From an uncultured Porticoccaceae bacterium (GTDB taxonomy: Bacteria; Pseudomonadota; Gammaproteobacteria; Pseudomonadales; GM7GCV1): a stretch of DNA of 64,000 bases. A model generated the notes under the pieces. That model was not told where the DNA came from. It was given only the letters and a program-made list of their open reading frames with translations, and ran no database searches. The stretch is taken from assembly GCA_964623085.1 (NCBI GenBank), contig CAZUTO010000007.1, positions 4,752-68,751 of the forward strand, written 5' to 3'. The translations under genes were made by a program, and so were the position numbers. Shown here one piece after another: positions 38,538 to 47,330 of this stretch (position 1 is its first letter; the number at the start of each line of letters is the position of its first letter).

Positions 38538-39032
38538 ATGGGTGAAGGACGTATTTATTATGCGGAGCAGGGTAATAATTATTACCTTAGGTTGGTCGGC
38601 GATGTTCGTGTCACGCTTTGCACAGCATTAAAAACATATATCGATAGTATCTTTGATAGTGAAACGATCTCATCGGTTGTTGTTGATTTAACGGAGGCGA
38701 CTGCTGCCGACAGCACAACCCTGGGTCTGTTAACGAAAGTTGCACTCCATGTACAGGCAGAAAGCATCAAACCGGTGATGATTATTCAAGATCAGTCATT
38801 GGTCAAAGTGATTGAAAGTATGGGCTTACAAGACATCTTCGAGCTCGTTGAGTCATTGCCGGATACTCCAAGCGAGCTTCAACAGTTGCTTTGCACCAAA
38901 GCTTCCACCGACGAAGCGCGCAGCCAAGTCCTCGATGCTCATAAGGCATTGATGTCTTTGAATAAAGACAATATGAATACGTTTTCAGAACTAGTGAAAT
39001 CGCTAGAACGAGAAGCAGACAAAAGCGCCTAA
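38538..39032 (+). CDS. STAS-domain anti-sigma-factor antagonist-like protein
   Basis: 164 aa from ATG 38538. It has a DLTEATAADSTTLGLL block with the conserved phosphorylatable Ser context (DSxxxG). The track's 205-aa version starts inside the upstream gene. Confidence 0.75.
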   Translation: MGEGRIYYAEQGNNYYLRLVGDVRVTLCTALKTYIDSIFDSETISSVVVDLTEATAADSTTLGLLTKVALHVQAESIKPVMIIQDQSLVKVIESMGLQDIFELVESLPDTPSELQQLLCTKASTDEARSQVLDAHKALMSLNKDNMNTFSELVKSLEREADKSA

Positions 39033-39056
39033 TTTCTCACTCTAGTTTGCTATTGG

Positions 39057-40010
39057 TCAGACTCGAGCGAGAAGCAGTGTTTCAAGTTTAGTTTGGTCAG
39101 CAATAAAAGCACGAATCCCCTCTGCCAGTTTTTCGCTGGCCATTGCGCTACCGTTTAATTGCAAACGGAAGTCAGCTTCGCTTCTGATAATACAGTCGGT
39201 ATATTCGGGCGCTTGTTGAGGTGAGAGCATTCGTTCTAGCTTGGTGCCATCATTTTGCAGTTCTTCGAGAAAATTTGGCCCTATGGTTAAACGATCACAG
39301 CCAGCCAACGCCTCGATTTGCCCAGCATTGCGAAAGCTAGCACCCATTACCACGGTGTCATACCCCCGGTCTTTATAGAGCGCATAAATATTGCGGACTG
39401 AAAGCACGCCAGGGTCTTGTTCGGCGGGGTAGCTATCAACGCCTTCTGATTTCTTATACCAATCAAGAATTCGTCCGACAAAGGGTGAGATAAGAAACGC
39501 GCCCGCTTCGGCAGAAGCGACAGCTTGCACGGTGCTGAATAGAAGTGTCAGGTTACATTGGATGCCTTCTTTCTCCAGCACCCTCGCTGCTTGAATACCT
39601 TCCCAAGTAGCAGCAAGTTTGATCAAAACACGATCAGGCCCGATGCCGGCATCTTCATAAAGAGCGATGATACGGTGTGCACGATGAATACTTGCTTCGG
39701 TATCAAAACTCAATCTGGCATCCACTTCTGTTGATATCCGGCCTGGAATTATTTTAAGTATTTCACAGCCTATACTTACTGCGAGCTTGTCGACGAGCAG
39801 CTCTAGCTTTTCGGATTCCGAAACCTCAATACTTTGCGTCCAGTCGATGGCGTCTTTAATCAATCCTTCATATTGCGGAAGCTGAGCTGCCTTTAGCAGC
39901 AGCGATGGATTGGTGGTCGCGTCTGTTGGTTTGTATTGTGCGATGGCCTCTATGTCACCCGTATCGGCGACCACTTCGGTCATTGCTTTAAGTTGATCAA
40001 GTTTATTCAT
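39057..40010 (-). CDS. tal: transaldolase (TalB type)
   Basis: 317 aa from ATG 40010: [34 protein letters not shown]. The track's 367-aa form would run through the dusA 3' end. Confidence 0.92.
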   Translation of the reverse strand: MNKLDQLKAMTEVVADTGDIEAIAQYKPTDATTNPSLLLKAAQLPQYEGLIKDAIDWTQSIEVSESEKLELLVDKLAVSIGCEILKIIPGRISTEVDARLSFDTEASIHRAHRIIALYEDAGIGPDRVLIKLAATWEGIQAARVLEKEGIQCNLTLLFSTVQAVASAEAGAFLISPFVGRILDWYKKSEGVDSYPAEQDPGVLSVRNIYALYKDRGYDTVVMGASFRNAGQIEALAGCDRLTIGPNFLEELQNDGTKLERMLSPQQAPEYTDCIIRSEADFRLQLNGSAMASEKLAEGIRAFIADQTKLETLLLARV

Positions 40011-40056
40011 TGCCTTCTCATATTTGATTCGTCGCGTTCTGTCTGAATGGGAGTAT

Positions 40057-41061
40057 TTAGGTTCGAATCTCACTAAGCAAACTTTCGGATGCTTGATTAA
40101 AATGTGATACCGCGTCCTGTAATACCTCGGTTCCAGCACCCGGTTTATGCGCTTGCTCACTCAAAATACGCCGAAAACGCTTCGCTCCCGGCATACCTTG
40201 AAAGAGACCGAGAATATGCCGGCAAATCGATGCCAACCGCACGCCAGAGGATAACTCGTTTTCTATGTAGGGAGTCAATTGTTCAATGACATCAAGCCTG
40301 CTATCAACTGCCGCTTGGCTCGCGAAAATGGCCTTGTCGACATCAGCCAACAACCAAGGGTTTTGATAGGCAGCTCTGCCCATCATAACGCCATCGAGAT
40401 TATTGAGGTGGTGTTTTGTGTCAGCTAAAGATTCAATGCCACCATTGAGAATGATCTCCAGGTCAGGGAAGTCACGCTTCAGCGCGTAGACTCGTTCGTA
40501 ATCGAGCGGTGGCACCTCACGGTTTTGTTTTGGACTCAAACCCTTGAGCCAAGCTTTGCGCGCATGGACGATCAAAGTCTTACATCCGGCATTGGATAGC
40601 TGTTCTGTGAAATTCTGCAAACCAGCATAGTCATCTTGATCGTCCACACCGATACGGCATTTAACTGTGACGTCGAGAGAAGTGGCATCGAGCATGGCTT
40701 TAACAAGATCTGCAACCAAATCTGGCTCAAGCATTAGGCAAGCGCCAAAGGCACCATTTTGAACGCGATCAGAAGGGCACCCACAATTAAGGTTCACCTC
40801 GTCGTAGCCTTTTTCCTCTGCTAAGCGCGCGCATTTTGCGAGATCAGACGGATCAGAACCACCCAGCTGCAATGCCAATGGGTGCTCAGCGTTGTCGAAA
40901 GCTAGAAAGCGTTTGGCATCACCATGAAGAATGGCACCGGTGGTCACCATCTCGGTATAGAGCAGCGTTTGTTTGGTTAGTAATCGATGGAAGTACCGAC
41001 AATGGCGATCCGTCCAATCCATCATCGGGGCAACGGAAAATCGCCTATCTAAAGTGCTCAT
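40057..41061 (-). CDS. dusA: tRNA dihydrouridine(20/20a) synthase DusA
   Basis: 334 aa with [18 protein letters not shown] and NLNCGCPS blocks. Confidence 0.92.
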   Translation of the reverse strand: MSTLDRRFSVAPMMDWTDRHCRYFHRLLTKQTLLYTEMVTTGAILHGDAKRFLAFDNAEHPLALQLGGSDPSDLAKCARLAEEKGYDEVNLNCGCPSDRVQNGAFGACLMLEPDLVADLVKAMLDATSLDVTVKCRIGVDDQDDYAGLQNFTEQLSNAGCKTLIVHARKAWLKGLSPKQNREVPPLDYERVYALKRDFPDLEIILNGGIESLADTKHHLNNLDGVMMGRAAYQNPWLLADVDKAIFASQAAVDSRLDVIEQLTPYIENELSSGVRLASICRHILGLFQGMPGAKRFRRILSEQAHKPGAGTEVLQDAVSHFNQASESLLSEIRT

Positions 41062-41188
41062 AAATCAAAGTCTTAGATGTGTTAGTTGTTTTAATATAGG
41101 GTAGTAACTGTGAAAACACTATTTATTTAATAAATATCTTTTTAAAACAATTATTTGTGATATGTTCTTAATCTAGAATATATATTAT

Positions 41189-42421
41189 TTAGAGCGCTCG
41201 CCGATATGCGGTAATTGATGGGAGCAAACAGACGATAAAACTGCATAGCATGACAAATACAAGTAACAACAGGTTTGTTTCAGACAGGAAGTTCGTTTCT
41301 ATATGCAGACCAAATCGTGCCGAAATTAGATCGGTAGAAAGTGCCAGTGTAATAGCTAGCATAACCGCAGCGATTATCGACGCAGTTAGAGTGATGAGTA
41401 GGGCCTCTATTTGAATCAATAAGAAGATAAACCAGGGTGATGCGCCAAGCACCCTCATCACTGAAATTTCGCGCTGACGCTCACGAATAGAAGCGAGGAG
41501 CAGTGCACTCAATCCGAGCAGTGCCGCGATCAACACGAGCATAGAAATCAGCCGCATGGTGTTCTCTGTGGTGGCGAGTGTCTGCCAGAATTCGGTCAAG
41601 GTGATCCCCGGTAGGATTGCTAGCAAGGGTTCATGCGGGTAATCGTTGATTTCTCTTTGCACCCGAAAGGTGCTTATTTTTGATGTTAAGCCGACCATAA
41701 AGGCTGTGATGCTGTCCGGTGCTAATTCGCTTATATCCATATCGTCTGCGTTTGGTGCTGCGCCGGCTACTTTTACACCCTGCTGCCACCCTATGTGAAT
41801 CGCTTCGATGGCTTCGAGGCTGACGTGAAGTGTCTGATCTACAGGTGTGCCCGTCGCTTTAAGAATCCCTATTACTCGAAAAGGGCTGTCCTCATGGTTG
41901 CTAAAACTGGTCGCCCCCAAGCCATGCGCGAGAACAAGGCTGTCGCCGATTTTGTATTCGAGTTTATTTGCTACTTCTGAGCCAAGCACCACCTCAAAAA
42001 GCCCGTCAAACGGCTGACCTTGATTGAACTCTAGTGATCTTTTTGCCCCATAGGCGTAGTGCTCAAAGTAATCAGTGCTAGTGCCCATTACTCGATAGCC
42101 TTGGTGCGAATCGCCCAAAGAGATGGGGATAGTCCAGTCGATATTGGGGTGCCCTGCAACTTGTTGATAGGTTTCCCAACGAATATTGTTGGTGGCGTTA
42201 CCGATGCGAAATACGGAATAAAGCAACAGATTCAGATTGCTCGTGCGAGCGCCCACAATCAAATCCGTGCCAGATACCGTATTACTGAAACTTTCTTTGG
42301 CTTGCTGCCGAATATGTTCAATGCCCAAAAGAACGAAAATACTGACACTGATGGCTAGTAATGTCAGAAGAATAGAGCCTTTTCGGTCTAACAAGCTTTT
42401 GTACGCGAGTCTGAAAAACAT
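41189..42421 (-). CDS. FtsX/MacB-type ABC transporter permease
   Basis: 410 aa with an N-terminal TM helix, a large extracytoplasmic loop and three C-terminal TM helices (FtsX-domain layout). The ATG overlaps the ATPase stop (TAATG). Confidence 0.8.
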   Translation of the reverse strand: MFFRLAYKSLLDRKGSILLTLLAISVSIFVLLGIEHIRQQAKESFSNTVSGTDLIVGARTSNLNLLLYSVFRIGNATNNIRWETYQQVAGHPNIDWTIPISLGDSHQGYRVMGTSTDYFEHYAYGAKRSLEFNQGQPFDGLFEVVLGSEVANKLEYKIGDSLVLAHGLGATSFSNHEDSPFRVIGILKATGTPVDQTLHVSLEAIEAIHIGWQQGVKVAGAAPNADDMDISELAPDSITAFMVGLTSKISTFRVQREINDYPHEPLLAILPGITLTEFWQTLATTENTMRLISMLVLIAALLGLSALLLASIRERQREISVMRVLGASPWFIFLLIQIEALLITLTASIIAAVMLAITLALSTDLISARFGLHIETNFLSETNLLLLVFVMLCSFIVCLLPSITAYRRAL

Positions 42422-43125
42422 TAGTGCTGAGCCTCGCTTTCTAGGCGCTTCTCTGAAGCAAGGTCATTGATCTCTGAGATTGAATCCACACGAGAAAAAT
42501 GGCTAGAGAGAGTTTGATCATGGCTCACAAAAATAAGTGTGGCCTTGGTATCCTCGACTTTTTTCATAAGCAAGGACATAAAATCATCACGATTTTTATG
42601 ATCTAGCGAGGATGTCGGCTCGTCGACGATGAGCAACCGAGGTTGATTGATAAAGGCTCTAGCAATGGCCACTCGCTGTTGCTGCCCGATACTCAGTGAG
42701 CGCGCTGGCTTATGCCAATGTTGCGGATCAATATTCAGTGAATTTAGTAGATGCTCAATATCTTCATTGGCGTTGCTGCTAGCAGCTTTTTTACTAAACT
42801 GCTGAGCGAGCTTGATGTTGTCGATAATGTCCAGATACTGAATGAGATTGAATTGCTGAAAGACATAGCCGATGTTATTCGCGCGGAATTGATCGCGCTG
42901 CCGTGAATTCATTTGATCTAAACGATTCCCGAAAAGTGACACTTCGCCTTCCGTAGCCGGCAGCATTCCACATAAAATATTCAGAAAGGTAGATTTACCT
43001 GAGCCAGATGGCCCTTGAACAAAAACAGTGTTTCCGGTGTCTAAGCTCCAATGTTTGATGCGAAGTGTGGGTGAACTATCGGTCGGCGAGTATGAGAATG
43101 TTAAATTGGAGAGAGATAACGACAT
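42421..43125 (-). CDS. ABC transporter ATP-binding protein (MacB/LolD-like)
   Basis: Walker A GPSGSGKST, signature LSIGQQQR, Walker B LLIVDEPTS, and an H-loop SHD. Confidence 0.88.
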   Translation of the reverse strand: MSLSLSNLTFSYSPTDSSPTLRIKHWSLDTGNTVFVQGPSGSGKSTFLNILCGMLPATEGEVSLFGNRLDQMNSRQRDQFRANNIGYVFQQFNLIQYLDIIDNIKLAQQFSKKAASSNANEDIEHLLNSLNIDPQHWHKPARSLSIGQQQRVAIARAFINQPRLLIVDEPTSSLDHKNRDDFMSLLMKKVEDTKATLIFVSHDQTLSSHFSRVDSISEINDLASEKRLESEAQH

Positions 43126-43215
43126 TTTCTGCTAGAGATAGAATCGACGATGGTGAATTTTTGATATTGAATGATACACTTTATCCTATTGTCTTAGAGA
43201 AACAGTATTACTGAA

Positions 43216-43839
43216 ATGAACAGATCTTTAAATTTAGCTTGGTTCAAACGAAGTGCTTTTTCCTCTTTACTTGTTTTATTGGCACTTTTGTTGGTTGCTC
43301 GCTCTGTTAGTGCGCAGGTTGATTATCAGGTTACCGAGTGGACAGACCTTATGCCGCCTTTAGATTTGGCTGCGCTGGAAAATCAGGTGACGGTTATTCA
43401 TGAGCCGGGTGCGGAAGGCTCCGGTGGCGGCATATGGGCGTCGGAAGATATTGTCGGTGATCAGATAGATAGCTGGGGCGATCCACAAGATAACGCTGCA
43501 CAAGATGCTTACGAATCTGCATTAGTATCGACTGATACCGTCGATGCGTTAAATGGGGAGAATATCAAACTTCCTGGGTTTATTGTGCCGTTAGAGTTTG
43601 ATGACGATAATGCGGTTACGCAGTTCTTTCTTGTCCCATATTTTGGCGCATGCATTCACATGCCACCCCCTCCGCCAAATCAAATGGTGCTTGTTGAATA
43701 CCCTGAGGGCCTAGAAATGGAAGCACTTTACACGCCATTTTGGGTTTCAGGAGAACTCTCTATTCAGATCACAGAGAATGATTTGGGAACTTCCGCTTAT
43801 GCTATGCAAATGGATTCTATCGAAGTCTACGAATACTAG
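43216..43839 (+). CDS. secreted DUF3299 family protein
   Basis: It has a signal peptide (..LLVARSVSAQ), an acidic central region and an FFLVPYFGACIHMPPPPPNQ motif that I associate with DUF3299. It is divergent from the ABC genes. Confidence 0.7.
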   Translation: MNRSLNLAWFKRSAFSSLLVLLALLLVARSVSAQVDYQVTEWTDLMPPLDLAALENQVTVIHEPGAEGSGGGIWASEDIVGDQIDSWGDPQDNAAQDAYESALVSTDTVDALNGENIKLPGFIVPLEFDDDNAVTQFFLVPYFGACIHMPPPPPNQMVLVEYPEGLEMEALYTPFWVSGELSIQITENDLGTSAYAMQMDSIEVYEY

Positions 43840-44047
43840 GCTGAGACCCTGATGTAGCAACTTCTTTGATGTGACCTAAGTTTGTTAAGTCGATAAAAAA
43901 ACCGAATTAATCGAGACTACCTGAAATTAATTTTTGGTTGGTCTGCGGTCAATTCCATTGCGCCCTGATTTACGTCGCTGATCCATTGTGTCTCAAGTGA
44001 TTCTATCGCAGGGAAATCACCTAATATCAGCGCATTCAGACTCGTTG

Positions 44048-44072
44048 GCGATCGCTGATCGCATTCTCTTTT
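44048..44072 (+). terminator. terminator-like hairpin in the ORF-free region downstream of the DUF3299 gene
   Basis: GCGATC-gct-GATCGC (6-bp stem) is followed by ATTCTCTTTT. It lies about 210 nt past the DUF3299 stop codon. Confidence 0.35.
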
Positions 44073-44204
44073 CACCTTCGTTATAACTCATAGGGTCGGG
44101 TTACCGATCTTTGGCATATTGGAAGCTGATTTGTTCCCGCTTTAGATCTAAAAAAACGGATGCAGCCGATACGAGCCTGAATGAGCTTTATATGCCCAGA
44201 AGAA

Positions 44205-45473
44205 CTAGTCTTCGTTGGTTCGCTTGAATCCCAAATGAGAGATATCTGGCGGGAAAAACATTGCCCAGGTCCATTCCAAAAATAGTCGCACCTTTCGCGA
44301 TAGAGTGGGGATTTTCATAAGATAGGTTCCCCGCCATATAAAGAATGCGATGAGACCAGAAAAGCTCGTGCCATAAATGTCTGCCACGGCGTTATTGTGG
44401 CCGATGGACGCTAACATCCCCGCTGGGCGGTAATTGAAGTCTTCTGTTTTACTGCCGGCCACTTGCGCAACGATATTTTTTGCCAGTGCCTTTGCTTGAC
44501 GATCAGCAAACTGCGCTGTCGGTGGACAAAGCTTGTCGTCAAAAGCATTGGGTACCAGCGCGCAATCGCCAAGTGCCCAAATCCCGTCATGGTTAGCAAT
44601 GGACATGTCAGGCTGGCAAACAATTCGTCCTCTATCTAAAGGCAGTTCTTCTACCTGAGAGAAATGATGCGCTGTTGTTCCTATGGTGCAAATAATAGTG
44701 GCGCCTTTTACAGGGTCACCATCTTTCAGCACCACAGTTTCTTCTTCAATTTTAGTGGCCCGAGTATTGAGGTGTACTTCAATCTTGTTTTTTTCAAATA
44801 TCGCCTCGGTTTTTTTGCCGAGTTTTTCCGAAAGCTCGGGAAGTAGCCGGTCAGTGCCATGGAGCACCACGACCCTGCAATCTTCTATAGACACGTTCTT
44901 ATAATATTTAGCAGCTTCATTTAGCAGGTCACGTATTTCACCAGCAACTTCTACCCCACTAAAACCACCACCGATCACAACGAATTTGGTCAGTTCTTTG
45001 CGTCGTTTTGGATCTGGGTGAATAGTCGCTTGTTCAAGGCGTTCAATAATTTTGTTCCGGATCAATAGTGCATCACCAACAGTCTTGAGTGGCAAAGCGT
45101 GCTCACTTAGACCTTCCATCATGTTGACGTTGGCTGCCACACCAGAAGCAAATACAAGATGATCAAAAGCCAGTTCGCCAGTTTCATTGTTGTGGTAGAT
45201 CACTTTGCGATTTTCGAAATCAATCCGATCGACTGTCACCATGCGAATACGTGTCCGTTTCAACATTTGGCGTATCGGTGCTTGTACATGCCCAGGCAAA
45301 ATTGATGCGCCTACAACCTCAGGGAGTAGGGGGTTATAGGTAATAAAGTTTGCTTTGCTAAGCAAATAGATTTCCCATTCTGCAGGCAAGATTTTCTCTA
45401 GGCTTTTGGCAAGCTTGGTTCCTGAAAAACCGCCACCAATAATGACTAGATTTTTTGTGTTGTCTTGCGGCAT
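44205..45473 (-). CDS. ndh: type II NADH:quinone oxidoreductase (NDH-2)
   Basis: Two Rossmann motifs (VIIGGGFSGT, VVIGGGFSGVE) and a GDCA block. ATG 45473 is preferred over the upstream TTG at 45509. Confidence 0.88.
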   Translation of the reverse strand: MPQDNTKNLVIIGGGFSGTKLAKSLEKILPAEWEIYLLSKANFITYNPLLPEVVGASILPGHVQAPIRQMLKRTRIRMVTVDRIDFENRKVIYHNNETGELAFDHLVFASGVAANVNMMEGLSEHALPLKTVGDALLIRNKIIERLEQATIHPDPKRRKELTKFVVIGGGFSGVEVAGEIRDLLNEAAKYYKNVSIEDCRVVVLHGTDRLLPELSEKLGKKTEAIFEKNKIEVHLNTRATKIEEETVVLKDGDPVKGATIICTIGTTAHHFSQVEELPLDRGRIVCQPDMSIANHDGIWALGDCALVPNAFDDKLCPPTAQFADRQAKALAKNIVAQVAGSKTEDFNYRPAGMLASIGHNNAVADIYGTSFSGLIAFFIWRGTYLMKIPTLSRKVRLFLEWTWAMFFPPDISHLGFKRTNED

Positions 45474-45650
45474 TTCGTCTACCTTTAGTTGTAAGTGCCT
45501 ATGGGCCAATACTAATTAACGAGCATCTATTTTGATAGGTTTGAGGTCTGGATTCTATAGGTTTTCAAGCCAGATTGTTGCTCGAATCCTGGGTACTTTT
45601 CTATGAGTAAGCTACCGACTCGGTTTTCAACTGATAGCGAGCAGACCCTT

Positions 45651-47282
45651 CTAGTAAGAAGGGTCGTACATCATGTCGCGAATATACTGTTTTAGATCGC
45701 TTGGGCGGGCTAGTTGAGCAATTCCTTGGTCATAGGCTTTCTCCGCTAGTGCCACGGCTATTTCCAACGAAGCGTTTCGAATATCTTTAAGCGGTGGGTA
45801 AAGCGTTGAGGTGGATAGATCCTCTTCGCTGACTAGCTCGGCCAAAGATCGCGCTGAAGCTAAGAACATTTCATCGGTAATATGAGTCGCTTCGCAGGCT
45901 ATTGCCCCCAGGCCCACACCAGGGAAGATGTAGGCGTTATTCCCTTGGCCTGGTTTCAGTGTTTTACCTTCGTAGCTAATCGCATCAAATGGACTGCCAC
46001 TTGTGAATATGGCTTTGCCTTTGCTCCATTCATAAGCCTGTTCAGCTGTGCATTCCGCTCTAGACGTTGGGTTGGATAAAGCAAAGATAGCAGGGCGCTC
46101 ATTTAACGCAGACATGGCCTCGATTACTTCCTGGGTAAAGGTGCCGGGTGCGCCGGTAGCACCAATCAAGATATGAGGTTTTATTTCGTTTATTGCCGAT
46201 ACAAAATCCAGCGCCTCATGCTCATGCGCGTAAGGCAGGTTATGTACCATGAGATCATCGCGACTTTTAACAACGAGCCCTTCTTGGTCAACAAACCATA
46301 AACGCTTGAGTGCGTCTTCTTTACTCAAGCCCGCTTCTTTGAAGGCAGAAACCATCAAATCGCCAATGCCGGTTGCGGCTGATCCAGCACCAAGAAACAT
46401 AATGCGTAGATCTTCAAAATTATGGCCGGATATGCGTGTCGAGGCATAGACACCGGACAAGGTCACCGCCGCTGTGCCTTGAATGTCATCATTGAAGCTC
46501 AATATTTTGCAGCGGTAGTCTTGAAGTAATTGATACGCATTCGGCGTTAAAAAATCTTCAAACTGAAGCAACGCTTTAGGGAATTTATCTTGGATAGCGT
46601 CGACAAATTCTGCCATCAGTTCCGAGTACTCATCGCCTTCGAGTCGCTTATGCGGGTAACCAAGATAAAGTGGGTCATCCAACAGTTCTTGATTGTTGGT
46701 GCCGACATCAAACATTATTGGCAAACATTGGCTGGGCTGAATGCCAGCGCAGGCAACATAAAGTGCTAGTTTTCCAATAGGAATACCCATGCCATTTGCG
46801 CCGAGATCACCTAATCCTAAAATGCGTTGCCCATCAGTAATCACGATGACGCGGATATCATCCTCTGGCCAGTTGTCGAGAATTTTGCGGATATCGCCTT
46901 TATCGTCTGGATTAATATAAAAGCCTTTAGGGTCACGAAAAATATGTGCAAATTCTTTACAGGCCTGTCCAACGGTCGGCGTGTAAATCAAAGGCATGAT
47001 TTCTTCGATATTCTCGATCACGGTGCGGTAATACAGGCGTTCATTGCGAGCTTGCAAGCCTGAGAGAAAGATATATTTCTCAATGTCATAAGCTTTGCGG
47101 CGCATATTTTCCAATACGCGCGCCATCTGCCCATTTTGGCCAAATTCCGCGTGTGGCAATAAACCGCGTAAAGCTAAAGCCTCGCGCTCTTCAGGGGTGA
47201 ATGCCGTACCTTTGTTCGCGTGAGCGCTATGTAGCGCGTCATAGCCCTTTAATACGGGATCGTTATTGCTATTGTCTGTCAT
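45651..47282 (-). CDS. maeA: NAD-dependent malic enzyme
   Basis: 543 aa with NKGTAFT..ER, IYTPTVG, VITDGQRILGLGDLG and FLGAGSAATGI motifs. Confidence 0.92.
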   Translation of the reverse strand: MTDNSNNDPVLKGYDALHSAHANKGTAFTPEEREALALRGLLPHAEFGQNGQMARVLENMRRKAYDIEKYIFLSGLQARNERLYYRTVIENIEEIMPLIYTPTVGQACKEFAHIFRDPKGFYINPDDKGDIRKILDNWPEDDIRVIVITDGQRILGLGDLGANGMGIPIGKLALYVACAGIQPSQCLPIMFDVGTNNQELLDDPLYLGYPHKRLEGDEYSELMAEFVDAIQDKFPKALLQFEDFLTPNAYQLLQDYRCKILSFNDDIQGTAAVTLSGVYASTRISGHNFEDLRIMFLGAGSAATGIGDLMVSAFKEAGLSKEDALKRLWFVDQEGLVVKSRDDLMVHNLPYAHEHEALDFVSAINEIKPHILIGATGAPGTFTQEVIEAMSALNERPAIFALSNPTSRAECTAEQAYEWSKGKAIFTSGSPFDAISYEGKTLKPGQGNNAYIFPGVGLGAIACEATHITDEMFLASARSLAELVSEEDLSTSTLYPPLKDIRNASLEIAVALAEKAYDQGIAQLARPSDLKQYIRDMMYDPSY

Positions 47283-47330
47283 TATTTAGTGTCCTGGTTA
47301 TCGCTTGCGTCTTATCCCTTATGTCTTGGG

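Noticed and set aside
41062-41188. A very AT-rich 127-bp spacer between the ABC permease and dusA, considered as a possible insertion scar or att site.
   Set aside because: No direct or inverted repeats flank it. Its size and composition fit an ordinary terminator/promoter spacer with UP-element-like A/T tracts.
43126-43215. A possible Zur or Fur box in the divergent promoter of the ABC / DUF3299 locus (for example tGATATTGAATGATACa).
   Set aside because: It matches the Fur 19-mer consensus at only about half the positions. There is no GTTATAATATAAC-type Zur palindrome. This is too weak to call by eye.
44048-44055. GCGATCGC (the HIP1-like octamer palindrome) recurs at 6246, 17093, 44048 and 57479.
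   Set aside because: I spotted only four copies by eye in 64 kb, which is mildly above a rough expectation of about one. Three of them are inside coding sequence. This is not enough to claim a dispersed repeat family without a genome-wide count.
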